From NCBI RefSeq assembly GCF_009914755.1, contig NC_060940.1: 64,000 nucleotides of DNA; one strand, 5' to 3'. Source of the stretch: the human T2T-CHM13v2.0 reference genome, Homo sapiens. The translations under genes and the position numbers were made by a program. The notes under the pieces were generated by a model. The model ran no database searches. It was not told the origin of the DNA and was given only the letters and a program-made list of their open reading frames with translations. Shown piece after piece: positions 1 to 14,415 of this stretch (positions are counted from its first letter, which is position 1; each line of letters opens with the position of its first letter).

Positions 1-373
1 CTTGATCAAACCTGAGAACTGAGAAATGTTGAAATAAAATGTAAACACATTTGTTCAGGTAAAATATTTTACAGCACAATATAGTATACCGAATGTTAAT
101 ATAAAAATAATATTTCCCAAATGACTTAATGACTTTGCAATGCAGATGACACTGGGCTTATATTATAATACTTAAAGTAAACTGACATAATGAGAAAAAA
201 GAGGCCCCAATGGAAAAATGAGCAAAGTTATGAATAACACACAGGAGAACAAATCAAAAGGGCTCACAAACATTTATATATACCCACATTCAGAACCAGA
301 GGCATGCAAAATAATAGTGAAATAATAATTTACACCTATGGTAATTTTTTAAAATTTAAAACCAGCCATTGTT

Positions 374-975
374 AGCCAGGCACAGTGGCTCACACCTGAA
401 ATCCCAGTACTTTGGGAGGTCAAGGCAGGAGGACTGCTTGAGGCCAGGAGTTTGAAACTAGCATGGGCAACATAGCAAGACCTTATCTCTCCAAAATATT
501 AAAAATAAAAAAATAAGCTGGGTGCAGTAGCTCATGCCTGTAATCCCAGCACTCTGGGAGGCTGAGGTGGGCAGATGACTTGAGGTCAGGAGTTTGAGAC
601 CAGCCTGGTGAACATGGGAAAACCCCGTCTCTACTAAAAATATAAAAATTAGCCAGGTGTAGTGGTGGGTGCCTGTAATCCCAGCTACTTGAGGGGCTAA
701 GGCACAAGAATTGCTTGAACCCAGGAGGTGGAGGTTGCAATGAGCTGAGATCACATCACTGCACTCCAGCATGGGCAACAGAGTAAGACTCCATCTCAAA
801 AAATAAAAAAATAAAAACCTGTGTGGTGACATGCACCTGCAGTCCTAGCTACTTGGGAGGCTGAGGCTAAAGGAGTCCTTGAGCCTAAGAGTTAAAGGTT
901 ACAGTGAACTATGATCGTGCCAGGGCACTTTGGCCTAGGTGACACAGTGAAACTCTCTCTCTTTAAAAAAATAAA
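374..975 (+). mobile_element. AluJ-type SINE, split into left arm (374-515) and right arm (818-975) by a nested AluS
   Basis: Left arm AGCCAGGCACAGTGGCTCAC...GGAGGACTGCTTGAGGCCAGGAG (J-type). Right arm resumes CCTGTGTGGTGACATGCACCTGCAGTCCTAGC. AGCCATT flanks both ends (TSD remnant). Confidence 0.85.
516..817 (+). mobile_element. AluS-type SINE inserted in the A-rich linker of the AluJ
   Basis: Full dimer with CTTGAGGTCAGGAGTTTGAGACCAGCCTGG; flanked by AAAAATAAAAAAATA on both sides. Confidence 0.9.
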
Positions 976-999
976 AATTTAAATTTAAAAATTTTTTAA

Positions 1000-1300
1000 A
1001 AGCCATTTTTTCGCAGGGATACAAGAAAATGGGTACTCTCGCATATTACTTGTAGAAATCAGAATTGTTAATTTCTCTTATGAACAACCTAGCAAAATGT
1101 ATTAAGCCTAGAAATACACATACTCTTCAACCCAGCAATACTGATCCTGGATCTATTCCATAGAAATAATAACTGTTTGAGGAAGGAGATGGATATTCTA
1201 ATTATCCTGATTTTCTCACTATATATTGTACCTGTGTATCAAAATATCACATGTACCTTGTAAATATGCATAATTATTATGTACCAATAAAAATGCAATT
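1000..1300 (+). mobile_element. Old L1 fragments (L1ME-like 3' ORF2/UTR piece followed by an L1MA-like 3' end)
   Basis: TTCAACCCAGCAATACTGATCCTGGATCTATTCCATAGAAATA, then GATGGATATTCTAATTATCCTGATT...CAAAATATCACATGTACC...AATAAAAA, typical of L1MA termini. Confidence 0.6.
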
Positions 1301-1624
1301 AAACAATTAAAAGAGTCTCCAATGAGGGATGATATATATGTGATCATATTTTTGAATATTACTTTATATTAATATATTTGGAATAAAAGTGAATAGATGA
1401 TAACACACCCACATAGAGACTTACATGAAGGCATATAGACATATTAACATTATATAATTGTCTCCAGAAGGCAATGATACAGTACAGTTGTCTGCATATT
1501 GCTTTGCTGATTTAACAGTACCTGATGGATATCTCAGCAAATTAAAGGGTGTACCTCTAACTAATTCTAGTTAATTCTTCAGGTTATTTTTTGATGTAGG
1601 AGCCTAATAATTTGACCCAACATT

Positions 1625-4035
1625 TCCCCAGACTCAGACAGTTTCACTAACAAATTTTACCAAACACTCAAAGAGTTCATATCAACCTTGACCCACTCTT
1701 CAAAAAATTGGATGGGAGGGAATGTTTTATAACTCATCCTATGAGGCCAGTATTACCTTGTTACTAAAACCGAATAAAACATAGAAAAATTGTAGACTAA
1801 TATCTCTTATGAATATAAATGCAAAATCTTAAACAAATACCAGCAAACCAAAGCTAGTAACATACGCAGACACAAAATTTTACAGCATGACCAAGTGGGA
1901 TTTCTCACAAAAATGCAAGTTTGGTTTAACATCTGAAAACTCAGTTAATGCAATTCAGCTTATTAATGGAATGCAGGACAAAAACCATATGTTCACCTCA
2001 GTAGATCCAGAAAAAGCATTTGACAAAATCTAACACTCATGACCAACAACAACAACAACGACAAAAAACCACATTCAACACACTAGGAATAGTAGATAAC
2101 TTCCTCCATCTGATGTAGAATACCTACAAAAAGCTCACAGCTAACATCACACTTAATGGTGAAAGACAGAGTGCTTTCCCCTAAGATCAAAAAGAAGAAA
2201 AGGATGTCTATTCTAATTACATCTACTCAACATTGTATTGGAGGTGCTAGCTAGGGCAATTAGATAAGAAAAAAGAAATAAAGGCAGCAGAATTAGAAAG
2301 AAAAAAGTAAAATGATCTCTATTTGAAGATAAGCTTATCTTATACATAGAAAATCCTGAGGGTTCACAAATTAAAAGAAAAAAAGTTATTTGAACTAATA
2401 AATGAGTTTAGCAAGGCTACAGGATATGAGTAATATATAAAAGATTTTTTGTTCAACATTTGTGTTGTTTCCACTTTTTGTACTTCTATATACTAATATT
2501 TTTGTATTTCTGTACACTAGCAATAAAAAATCTGAAAATGAAATAAAAACAATTACACTTATAGTGGCATCAAAAAATAAAATACTTAAAAATACATCTA
2601 ACGTAAGTATAAGACTTATACATTGAAACTAAAAAAAATTATAGAAATGGAAAAAAATCTAAGTAAATGGAGAATTACCCCATGACTATGAATCAAAAGG
2701 CTTGATAGTGTCCAGATGGCAATACTCCTCAAATTGTTCCACAAGGTCAATAGAATCTCTACCAAAATTTGAGCTTTTTTTTCACTGAAGAACTTGGCAA
2801 GCTGATCCTAAAATTCACATGAAGATTCAAAGGATCCAGAATAATCAAAACAATCTTGAGGAAAAAAAAAAAGTTACAGGCACACAGACTTTCTAATTTC
2901 AAAACTTACTATAAATATACAGGAACTGAGACAGAGTACATCTACTATAAGGATAGCCATATAAGGAACAGAATTGAGAGTCCAGAAATAAACCCTGATA
3001 TCTATGATCGATTGATTTTCTACAAACATGTCAAGACAATAAAATGGGGCAAGAAGAGCCTCTTCAATAAAGATTTCATCAAAATTAAAAACTTTTGTAC
3101 ATCAAAGGACATTATCAAAAAAAGATACAGAATGAGAGAAAATATTTGCAAATCATATATTTGATAAATATAACTATATCCAAAATATGTAAAGAACTCT
3201 TACAATTAAATAATAAATGACAATAACACAATTAAAAATAGGCAAAATATTAAATACACATTTCTCCAAAGAAGATATATAAATGGTCAATAAGCACTTG
3301 AAAAGATCCTCAACATCATTAGTCACTGAAAAATGCAAATTAAACCACAATTAGACCCCACTTCATACCCAGTAGAATGGTTATCATAAAAAAGAAACAC
3401 AATAGCAAGTGCTGGCAAAGATATAGAGAAACTGGAATCCTCATGCAATGCTGGTGGTAATGTAAAACGACGGCACGTAAAAAGAAAGATCTTCCTCAAA
3501 CTGTTAAACAGAGTTACCATATGATCCCACAGTACCACTTCTAGGAATGTACTTAAGAGGAATGAAAACATATGTCAACATAAAGACTTGTACACAATGT
3601 AAACACTGTGTAAACTACCAGTAGTTTTTATACTAGCCAAAAAAATGGAAACAACCCAAATTTCAGCAACAAATCAATGGATAAGTGTGGTATACTCATG
3701 ATAAAAGCTATATAACAAAATGAAGTTCTGATACATGCCACAACCTAAATGAACGTTGAAAACATTAAGTCTAAGTCAGAAAACACCAAATATTATATGA
3801 TTCAACTTATATGCAATGTCCAGAATAGGTAACTCTACAGACAAAAAGTATATTAATGGTTGCCCAAAGACATAAAAAGAAAACGGATTTCTTTTTTGAA
3901 TGGCAAATACATCCAAAATTAAATTGTGGTAATTTTAACACAGTTCTAGAAGTATTCTAAAAACTATTCATTTGTGCACTTTATACGGGAAAGAGGCATA
4001 GCATGTAAATTATAATTAAAGAAAGCAGTTCAAAA
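1625..4035 (+). mobile_element. Degenerate 5'-truncated L1 (L1MB-like), ORF2 RT/C-terminal region plus 3' UTR
   Basis: ORF2 hallmarks GAGGCCAGTATTACCTTG, GAAAAAGCATTTGACAAAATC and peptide NRIESPEINP (ORF 2856-3164); 3' UTR TGTCCAGAATAGGTAACTCTACAGACA; many stops and indels. Confidence 0.9.
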
Positions 4036-4317
4036 AACACAAAAGAATGGGTCGAAATTCTGAAGGTAAATCAGACTCACCCACGTTTGTGGTCTGGTGA
4101 TATGGAAATGTCTCTTTTCACCCGTGAGACTCCAGGTTTATTCCCTACTTCCAGTATTCATGAAAAATAGGACAGAGAGTCGAGCCTTTTCTTCTTCCAC
4201 GGAAATTAACACCACACGAAAATTGCCATTCTGTTCTAGAATATAAGGAAATATCTCATTGTAAATGGTATGTCTATTTACAAACTGATAGCTAGAAACA
4301 GCTGGAAAGCGTGTTTT

Positions 4318-4385
4318 TGAAATCTTAGAAATTTAAAATCTGAAATTTTAGAAATTTAGAAATTTGAAATTTTAGAAATTAGAAG
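4318..4385. repeat. Degenerate tandem repeat of GAAATTT(T)(A) units
   Basis: TAGAAATTTAAAATCTGAAATTTTAGAAATTTAGAAATTTGAAATTTTAGAAATTAGAA. Confidence 0.75.
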
Positions 4386-5229
4386 TTAATGTAAAAATGT
4401 ACTTATGCCATTTGCAAACTTGATACCTAAGTTAGTAAATTCCAGTATGTGCTAGTTACAAAAATAAATGTTACTCAGTGTTGAATGTGATCTTTTACCA
4501 TTATTTTTAATTTGGGAACAAATTATTGACTCAAACTTAATGCATAAAGATTCCTTTTCTATAAATGTTCTGGGAAATTAACTAACAATTAAGTATGACT
4601 AACAACTGAAAAATGAAAGCGCATATACTAGGGCTGATTCACAAGTGAGATACTTCTGGAGTTCATGATAGCCTGTGTGGAGTTTCCTGGAATCTTTGCA
4701 GTCACTACATAACATAATGTCATCCTCTTCTGGCCACTTTAAGTGACACAGGCTTGCCCAAGATGCACTGGGAACTCATAAGAAGCCACCAGAGTGTCTA
4801 TCTTCTGCACTTTCTCCACACCGTCTCCTATCAGTATGTCCTGATCCTCTTTCTCAGCCTTTCTAAGTAAGAAGTCCTATTCCAGTTTCATGCCTCGGCC
4901 ACTTGGGTGAATGTTTTGATCAGGGACTCCAGATCCCATAGGTTTCTGCAGTGATATGTTAAGCCTGGAAACTGTCATTGAGAGATATCTATACCTCAGA
5001 ATCCTCTGGGCCAGCCCTGACCTTCTCACTGGGGTGGAGGTAATAAGAGTAATTATTACTAAGCACAAAGTATACATGGAGACTGATGTAGATGCTTTAT
5101 ATAGATTAACTTCCAATCTTCATGGCCGTTCTCTCCCATAAGATTTCAGGCTTAAATACTTTAGAACCTTACATAAAATGACTCAGCTAATATGGACAGA
5201 GTTTAAGCACTTCACGCTTGCAACAGTGT

Positions 5230-5403
5230 TTTGCTCAGCCTGGCCAAAGACCACCTATAAGATCACCTGGAGAGTCTGTCAAACACATAGATTTTCTGGC
5301 CCCAGCTAGGATCAACTGAATCAGTTGTTCTCCGAATCTTAATAGTTTCAAAATTTTCTGAAGTAATCTGTGATTCTGACACACAGAAATTGGAAAAACA
5401 CCA
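5230..5403. mobile_element. MER5-type hAT-Charlie DNA transposon relic
   Basis: GATCACCTGGAGAGTCTGTCAAACACATAGATTTTCTGGCCCC...ACTGAATCAG...TGATTCTGACACACAG resembles the MER5A/B consensus. Confidence 0.55.
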
Positions 5404-6659
5404 CTTTCTTCTTCCTTGAGCATCAGTACAGTGTTTCACAAATTTTCTAACAAGCTGAAACCTCCAAATGGCCTTTCATTTTCACAGTGGATGGGGGATG
5501 GTTTTCATATACTTCTTTTTCCAAAATCCATTCGTTATATTCTTCACATTGCATGATATATTAGAAAATCCCAACAGGAAAAAAAAAACACCGCCACTAT
5601 TAACAAATAACTCTGTGTCGGAGGCACCACTTGACTAAAAAGATGAGCTTGGGAATCTGGTTTTTACTAGTCTTTATTCAAACATATATATAGGACTCCT
5701 ATGCCCACTCTCCAACATCTCATATGGCTAAGCTGCAGCCTTGGTACTTAGTTACTAAACCCTCTCACTAATGCCTAGAATTTGGGTTCCCAATCACAGG
5801 CCTATTTAGACATAAGATCCACGGGCATAAAGAGATGTTGCCACTCTTCACACTCTTGAGAATAAGGCCCTTCAAAAATGGGAAGGGTTTTCTTAGGTGC
5901 TTGGTAGAAAGGCTTTGTTTAGGATTTAGCTAACTAGTTGTATATATCAGCCCCAAATTTAATCTTCTCCTCTACCCAGCACAATGCCTTGTTAATGGTG
6001 AGTTCTTTCAGAAATATTTACTAGATGAGTGAGTCAAGATATTGATCATTTGATGTCTGAATATCAGAACTGCAAGAGACCACTGGGAGATGCAATTCAA
6101 ACCTCTCCATCTCTTTTTACAATTGAGAAAACATCACTGGGATCATTGGCCAGAACTCAAATCCCTTCCCAATAGGGCAAGGTCACTCCCATTGTCTTCA
6201 CATTTCAGAGCATTTAGTTGAAGCTATGTCCAAGATAAGAACTCTAAGTTCCTGATTCTTTATAAATTTATCAGTTGTAATGTCCTTTCCCCAAATCACT
6301 CTGCCTCTAAGGCAGTAGAATTTTGCCTCTCTTTTTTATTTAGTATTGATACCTGCAATATGCCTGAGAAAGAAATCTAAAGGGACACTTATTGAGACAA
6401 TAAAGGCACATGCAAGATCATGAAAGAGACAGAGAGGTGGAAAAGATGATGTTTTAAAGATGATGCCCATTGAAAGATGAGCAGAGAAAAGAATGCAGGA
6501 GATAATTTCAAGGAAAAAAAAATTTCACTGAGCTAAAAGTGTTCAAGCCTAAGAATACCCCCTCTAAGGGTAAAGTTTCATTCTCACCGATATGACAAAC
6601 ATTTTCCCAACAGAAGAAATTTAACACATTATATAAATACCCCAATACGCAAATGGTGG

Positions 6660-7000
6660 TAGTAATAATTAGTTTTCTCCCCTTTCATCTCCGTTGTTTC
6701 TGCCCACACGCATTTCCTATTTCGAGCTTTGGTGTGACAAATGCATCTTTCAAACTGGAAGCCCACGCCTTGTTTTTGCACAAACACAGGTCTCTTTATC
6801 GCCACGTGCAGTCTCTCCAGCTCAGGGAGCCGAACAATGAGGCATTTTCTTCTCTCCCTGGCTGCAGAGCTCTGACAGAATTCATTTAATTTCCATGTAA
6901 AGTGTAATCGGCGGATAATAATAGGTCACTCACAGCAATATCATTCTGCTCGCCCTGATCACCCATCATTGTGCTAATTGTGGGATAATGTAATATACAG
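6660..7000. promoter_or_regulatory. Candidate distal enhancer / conserved non-coding element
   Basis: Repeat-free, with several retained CpGs, E-box CACGTG (6803-6808), SOX-type GAACAATG (6832-6839) and CATTGT (6967-6972), and multiple TAAT cores. Confidence 0.35.
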
Positions 7001-7449
7001 CCAAGGCACACACATAGAATTAGACTGAGCATTTGTTTTTGTGATGCTATGAACAGGATATAAGAGAGAGTGTCATGTCAGCAAATATCATAGACATAGC
7101 CCCAGTCTTCCTAAAATGACTCAGGAAATAAAAGTAAAGATTCTTGTATACAGAGGATCTTTGGTATTCTTGATGTCACCTGCAAAATCCACAGGACTTA
7201 GGTGATTTTTCTGGGCACAGCTAGACCACGTAAATGCTCTGTCATCCCTGATGTCCCAGTTTTTTGGCTCCTTGGGACAGAAGCTTAGAGCAGCCAAATG
7301 ATTGCTTGGGCAGGTGACAATCACCTGCTAATTGGCTGTGCTCATTTTAAAATATTTCAAAAATATTGATCATAAACCTTAGATTCTTCTTTCTAAGCCC
7401 AAAGACCCTCAAAGCAGCAGAGGCCTTTTCTGTATAGAATTGCTTTCCT

Positions 7450-7742
7450 GGCCAGGCACGGTGGCTCACGCCTATAATCCCAGCACTTTGGGAGGCCGAG
7501 GCAGGCGGATCACGAGGTCAGGAGATCCAGACCATCCTGGCTAACAAGGTGAAACCCCGTCTCTACTAAAAATACAAAAAATTAGCTGGGCAAGGTGGCG
7601 GGCGCCTGTAGTCCCAGTTAGTCGGGAGGCTGAGGCAGGAGAATGGCGTGAACCCGGGGGCGGAGCCTGCAGTGAGCCGAGACCGCGCCACTGCACTCCA
7701 GCCTGGGCGACAGAGTGAGACTCCATCTAAAAAAAAAAAAAA
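7450..7742 (+). mobile_element. AluY
   Basis: GGATCACGAGGTCAGGAGATC, ACCATCCTGGCTAAC, GAATGGCGTGAACCC; TSD AATTGCTTTCCT (7438-7449 / 7741-7752). Confidence 0.95.
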
Positions 7743-8430
7743 TTGCTTTCCTTCCTGTAGAAACCTAAATTTTCCCATGCATGCTGTTTCTTTTTTGTCT
7801 CTGTGTTGGCAAAGTCAGGAGCTATCATAGCACATGGGCGCCAAAAAGGTGGGTCCTAAAGATGGCCTAGCCCAACACGTTCATTTAATTTATTTCATGA
7901 TTTTTTATTCTTGTTACAAAGACAATTCATGTCTATTGTAAGTTATCTGGAAAGAGGGAAGAAAACAGAAGTGAACCCAACCCTCCAGAGAGCCCTGCAG
8001 TGCAGAGAATGAAGGTGAAGCCACAGAGAAAAATAATTTTTCTTTCTCAGAGAGGGACACTAGGAGGGGTGGAAGGATGTGTTTGCAAGAGGTTTGAAAA
8101 CTCATATCTGAGAATAGTGTATGTCCGTCTTAGCAGTCAGCATCCCTCATGGATGTTGTCTAATCCTCATGCGCTGGGTGGGGCCTCCCAGCAACTCTCC
8201 TGCCAAGAAGCAAGGCAGCCTACTGGTCAGCACAAAGCTTGGCCAGCTCCAGCGCTTCAAGCCAGATTTTCAGGCTTTGGAAGAAGAGAAGAGCCAGCCC
8301 ATTCCCTGCTCTCCTTCTCTGGTTTTTTTGGGGTATGTGTGAAGATGGAAATTATGCTCATGACCTGACAGAGACAGAAAGATAGAGAACTTCACAGACG
8401 CTAGGAGATGGAATCAGATGAGAAACAGCC

Positions 8431-8798
8431 TGTATTAATCTGTTTTCACACTGCTATAAAGATACCACCTGAGACTGGGTAATTTATAAAGAAAGGAGGT
8501 TTAACTGACTCACTGTTCCGCATGGCTGGGAAAGCCTCAGGAAACTTACATTCATGGTGGAAGACGAAGGGGAAGCAACACACTTCTTACGTGGCAGCAG
8601 CAGCGAGCAAGGGATCGAAGGGGAAGTGCCACATTTTTAAACCATCAGTTCTCGTGAGAACTCATTCACTATCACGAGAACAGCGTGGCGGAAACCACTT
8701 CCATATTAAAATCACCTCCCACCAGGTGCCTCCCTCGACACGTGAGGATTACAACTTGAGATGAGTTTTGGGTGGAGACACAGAGCCAAACCATACCA
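8431..8798 (-). mobile_element. MaLR solo LTR (MSTA/THE1D-like)
   Basis: TGTATTAATCTGTTTTCACACTGCTATAAAG...GAGACTGGGTAATTTATAAAG...GACACAGAGCCAAACCATACCA. Confidence 0.85.
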
Positions 8799-8799
8799 A

Positions 8800-9060
8800 G
8801 GTCCAAGGGAGAAAGAACCAGAGAAAGCAGATGGAGCTGAGAGACAAGTGTAGGGGAGAAACAAATACAGCACCAGGAGTGAGAGAGTGAGGAAGGGATA
8901 AAGGAACAAGACAGAGGCCCAGAATGGTAGGGAACAGAGAAACAGAGGGAGAGAGGTACAGAGGGAGAGGATAATGGAAGGGAAGAGAGAGAGATGGGCA
9001 ATGAGGGATGAAAAGAGAAAGAGAAACCCAGAGTGAGACAGAACTAAATGAAACTGACAT
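8800..9060. repeat. Purine-rich (GA/GGA) low-complexity tract
   Basis: Strong A/G bias on the + strand; accounts for the overlapping Leu/Ser/Pro ORFs on the - strand. Confidence 0.65.
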
Positions 9061-9217
9061 GAGTGGCGTCTATACAACAGGCTGAGCCCAACGTTGTGGC
9101 AGGGGTCTGGAGGGAGGTGAGTGTGAATGTGTGCATGTGCATGTGTTTGTGCATGAGGGGGCGCTGTTGGTGCTAGAAGGAGCCTTAGACAATGCACAGG
9201 ATTTAAAAGCTTCCTCT

Positions 9218-9508
9218 GGCTGGGCGCCGTGGCTCACGCCTGTAATCCCAGCACTTTGCGGGGCCCAGGCGGGCGGATCACCTGAGGTCAGGAGTTCCAG
9301 ACCAGCCTGGCCAATATGGTGAAACCCCGTCTCTACCAAAAATACAAAAATTAGCTGGGCGTGGTGTCAGGTGCCTGTAATCCCAGCTACTCAGGAGGCT
9401 GAGGCAGGAGAATTGCTTGAACCTGGGAGGCTGAGTTTGCAGTGAGCCGAGATAGCACCACTGCACTAAGGTCTGGGTGACAGAGCAAGACTCTGTCTCA
9501 AAAAAAAA
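9218..9508 (+). mobile_element. AluSx-type SINE
   Basis: GGATCACCTGAGGTCAGGAGTTC; TSD AAAAGCTTCCTCTG (9205-9218 / 9505-9518). Confidence 0.95.
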
Positions 9509-10394
9509 GCTTCCTCTGACTTTTGATTCATACACTCATGTCTACCCCTAGATACTCAGAGCACCTTGATAAGCCTGAAGAGGAGATTGTGTTCTTTATT
9601 CTTTCTCTCTTACCTGAAAAGCATTACTTCTTCCCATATTTCAACCATTTCGTCAACAATTTGGTGATTCCCTGGTTCATGACTCTGCACACTGAGAAGC
9701 ATGAGGTCATTTTGGAGGGGGCTCCAACCAGACCAAATGTGATATGAGCTGAGCAGAGGGAGTGGGGTTTGGTGAGCGGGAAAGCAGTGAACACCCTCTG
9801 TTGGTTCAGTTCAGGGGTCAGGCCCAGCTTCCCCAGGGCACTGAGAGCTAACTCAGATTTCCAGCACTGAGGTCACAGATCCAGGAATGGGGACAAAGAG
9901 TGCCAAGCCTGAGGCTTCAGGTGAGTGGTCAATGACTCTCCATCCAGGGCGTCAGCCTATAGGTCCATAAGTAGAAACTAGCAGGCATCAGACTGAAGGG
10001 ACACTGGACCCTGGGCTCAAAGCCCAGGACCGAATTCTAGAAGCCAACATAGCAGGGGGTGGAGGTGAAGAGAAAGCTCTGTTCATGAGCAAAGTGGCCC
10101 TAGGGACACTGGATTCTGAGAATAAATGGCAGTGGAGGGTCCCTAAGATGGAACAACAGAGTTACTCAGTAAACGTAGCTAGGCTTCCCCATCCTAGATC
10201 ACAGTGGCCGACTTGATTCAAAGCATCAGAAGGTGGACAGAGGAAGCAGCTGCTACCCTCCTGCCTGTGAAAGTTGTCTTGAGCTCTGGTCAATGGAAGA
10301 CTCATTTGTGAAGAATGGAGAGAGAGAGAGGAGACATTGTCCCTGTCCTATAGGTGTGCCCAGTCACAAGGGAGACATGAGAAAACACCCCCCG

Positions 10395-10412
10395 ACACAC
10401 ACACACACACAC
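10395..10412. repeat. (AC)n microsatellite
   Basis: ACACACACACACACACAC. Confidence 0.85.
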
Positions 10413-10494
10413 GCAAACACATCTCCAAACATGCTTATGACTACCATTATGATAATGGAGATACACAAAAAAAAGGAATAACAAATTCTACATC

Positions 10495-10620
10495 CTTGCT
10501 ACTCAAAGCATGGTCCACGGACCTGAAGCATCAGCATCACCCGGATGCTTATTCAAAATGCAGTAGCCCAGGCCCTGCCACAGCTATAGAAGTAGGATCT
10601 GTGTTTTATCAAGAGCACAT
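10495..10620. mobile_element. MER5-type DNA transposon fragment
   Basis: GCTACTCAAAGCATGGTCCACGGACC...AGCATCAGCATCACC. Confidence 0.65.
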
Positions 10621-10839
10621 GAAGCCTGAAATGCCACACTCCACATGACAGGGGATCAGAGAAGGCTTCTTGGAAGTGTAACACTTCCGTGAGTTGGGTG
10701 TTACTTTGTCTTATAAGTAAGGAAAATGATATTTGAAAGACTGGATGGGTAGCCCAAAGCAGCATATCTCTTAAATGACCAAAGCTGGTCTCAAACTCAG
10801 GTTTATGACTGAAAATTAAACTTACTAAATCAAAGATCA

Positions 10840-11070
10840 CCACTTATGTCATGGCGGCTATGTGCCAAGCCCAGAGCTAAGTACTTTATTACTCAGTTCT
10901 TTGTGTGTTTGGATTCTCACAATAACCATGTAAGATATATTTTCCCCAGTGCACAGAGGAAGTAACAACAGGCTCAAAAAAGGCAGGTGATGTTTCCCAA
11001 AGCCACACAGCTAGCAAGGGGCAAAGCTGGGATTCAAATACACAACTGTCTATTCCTGAGTCTGGGCTTG
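10840..11070 (-). mobile_element. MIR SINE
   Basis: CTATGTGCCAAGC...CTCACAATAACC...CCCAAAGCCACACAGCTAGCAAG...GGGATTCAAA. Confidence 0.75.
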
Positions 11071-12849
11071 ATCTTCGATCTGCTTTATATTGCCCAGGCC
11101 TGGTCACTGTGCCCCCCTGCCTCATTTTCTAAAGATGGAAAACCTGCTCTTCCGGTGACATCTATCATTCTGTTCTTCTGTCTGGTCACAGCCAGCCAAC
11201 TGTGGCCAAGCCTGTGGCCAGCCGGCAAGGACAACAGAAGCCACAAGCTGGGAGCAGGCAGCAGAGAGATCTGTGGCACATGCTGGTCCCTAGCATTGGG
11301 CACGAGGGCTCCAGATCAGCACAGCATTTGGAAACCCACTTTAGGGTCAGAACTGGACATTTGTGTGCTTTCTGCCTGAACCATGCACTTAATGTCCTCC
11401 CATATCCACAGGCCAGACCCCCTGGAGCTGCCAGCCTGGGAAATGTTAAAGGATGTCAGGTTCCCAGAATGTTTTGAGTTTTCCCAGTAGCAGGATGTCG
11501 GGGCTGGGGAGGCACTTCTGTGTGCTCGACTGTTTCTCTCGTTATAGCAAGATGTCTTTCAACTCCCCCTGCCCGGTGTTCTTCTCATGCAAACTCCACG
11601 TGGCATTTCCTGTCCTCGCAGCTCTTGCCTCAGATATAGGCAGCCATAGAATCCCTGCCCTTCTACATTCATCTGCAAAGAGCTGACAAAAGGAAAGCAG
11701 GTGGACATTCTCTCCACTTTGTTTTTAGACTTACAAACTCCCCCAGCCCATGAATGCATCTGCCTGTAGGAGGGAGCTCTCTGAAATGCAAACCACGTGT
11801 ACCTAAAGAAAGAAAGCTTGTTGTATTCCATTATAGGAAGGCCAGCAAAACCCAAAAATAAAATCAAATGGAGTGACTCTGAAAATATCCGCAGATCACC
11901 ATCATGTATCCCTCCGGGACATAACCATTCAGAAGTCTCTGAATCTCAATTCTGATTTTCTGAACTGCCACTGTAAGTCATTCCCCTATTGGGCTCAGCT
12001 TGCCTCAGGCAGGCTGGAGGCCCAGGGCCCTGCTCAGGTGCTGCTGCTGAGTGGAGCAGGCTCCTAATAAGGCAGGTGTCAGTCCAGAGAGAAAACATCA
12101 TTAGCGATTGTTTGTGAAGGAGAAAACATTCACAGGGTGGTTGGGAAGGGAGGTGACTGTCTGCCTAAGGGGACAGTGATCAGGATATAAAACCCTCAAC
12201 CCACCAGCAGCTGATGGGTATTCAGGAAGCAAGAGCATGCCACCTCTATCCCTTAGAGAGCAAGGAACTCAGGACAACACGTTATCTTGTGAGCTGGGGT
12301 TCAGGATCTCCTAATAGGTACAGAAATACTTGACCAAAGTGGTGTTGGTTTGAGTGCGCGCACTAGGGAGGCTTGGTGATTTCCCAGAACATCACCTTGG
12401 GAGTAAAAACACAGCATTCAGCTCTACAAATGCTTTTGAGATTAGAGGAGCCCCTCGATGGCTTTGAATTTAAGTGGAGATTGTTCCCCTGGGAGAAATC
12501 AGCCACAAATTTGCACAAGCACATGGGCATAATGAAGGCAATTGTTCCAGCAGGGAGGCTTTTATCAAAGAACATGATGTGGAGTTAGAAGTAGAGAAAG
12601 GCCCTCCATGGGCATCAGTGGGGTGGACTTCTGGAGCTCCATGGTAAGAGAGGGGGCTGAGAAGACACGAATTCAAAGCTGACAGCTGCCCCTTCTCAAA
12701 GTGAGGACTTTGCTCAGGAGGTGGCAGAGGAGAAAGAAAGAGTGTGGGGTTTAGAACCAGGAATCCTAGCTTGAAGAACCCAATCCAACTTGTTTTCACC
12801 ACCCTTCCCCAGCAGGATAAATGTTTTTGGTTTTTTGTTTCTATAACCA

Positions 12850-14415
<1,566 letters not shown>

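Noticed and set aside
458-832. 124-aa ORF and similar ORFs at 7541, 9070, 17479, 22864, 26084, 42162, 59305, 62963
   Set aside because: Typical Alu-derived translations ([21 protein letters not shown]).
2856-3164. 102-aa ORF, plus ORFs at 46224-46632 and 47426-47882
   Set aside because: Fragments of LINE-1 ORF2 within decayed L1 copies, not host genes.
4600-5040. Possible processed pseudogene or exon in unique-looking sequence
   Set aside because: No recognisable protein similarity, polyA tail or TSD.
8672-9197. Three overlapping ORFs up to 161 aa
   Set aside because: They arise from a stop-poor CT-rich low-complexity strand and have no domain-like content.
12353-12364. 12-bp palindrome AGTGCGCGCACT; also CRE TGACGTCA at 37290-37297 and short hairpins near 39785 and 48860
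   Set aside because: Isolated short motifs expected by chance in 64 kb, with no supporting context.
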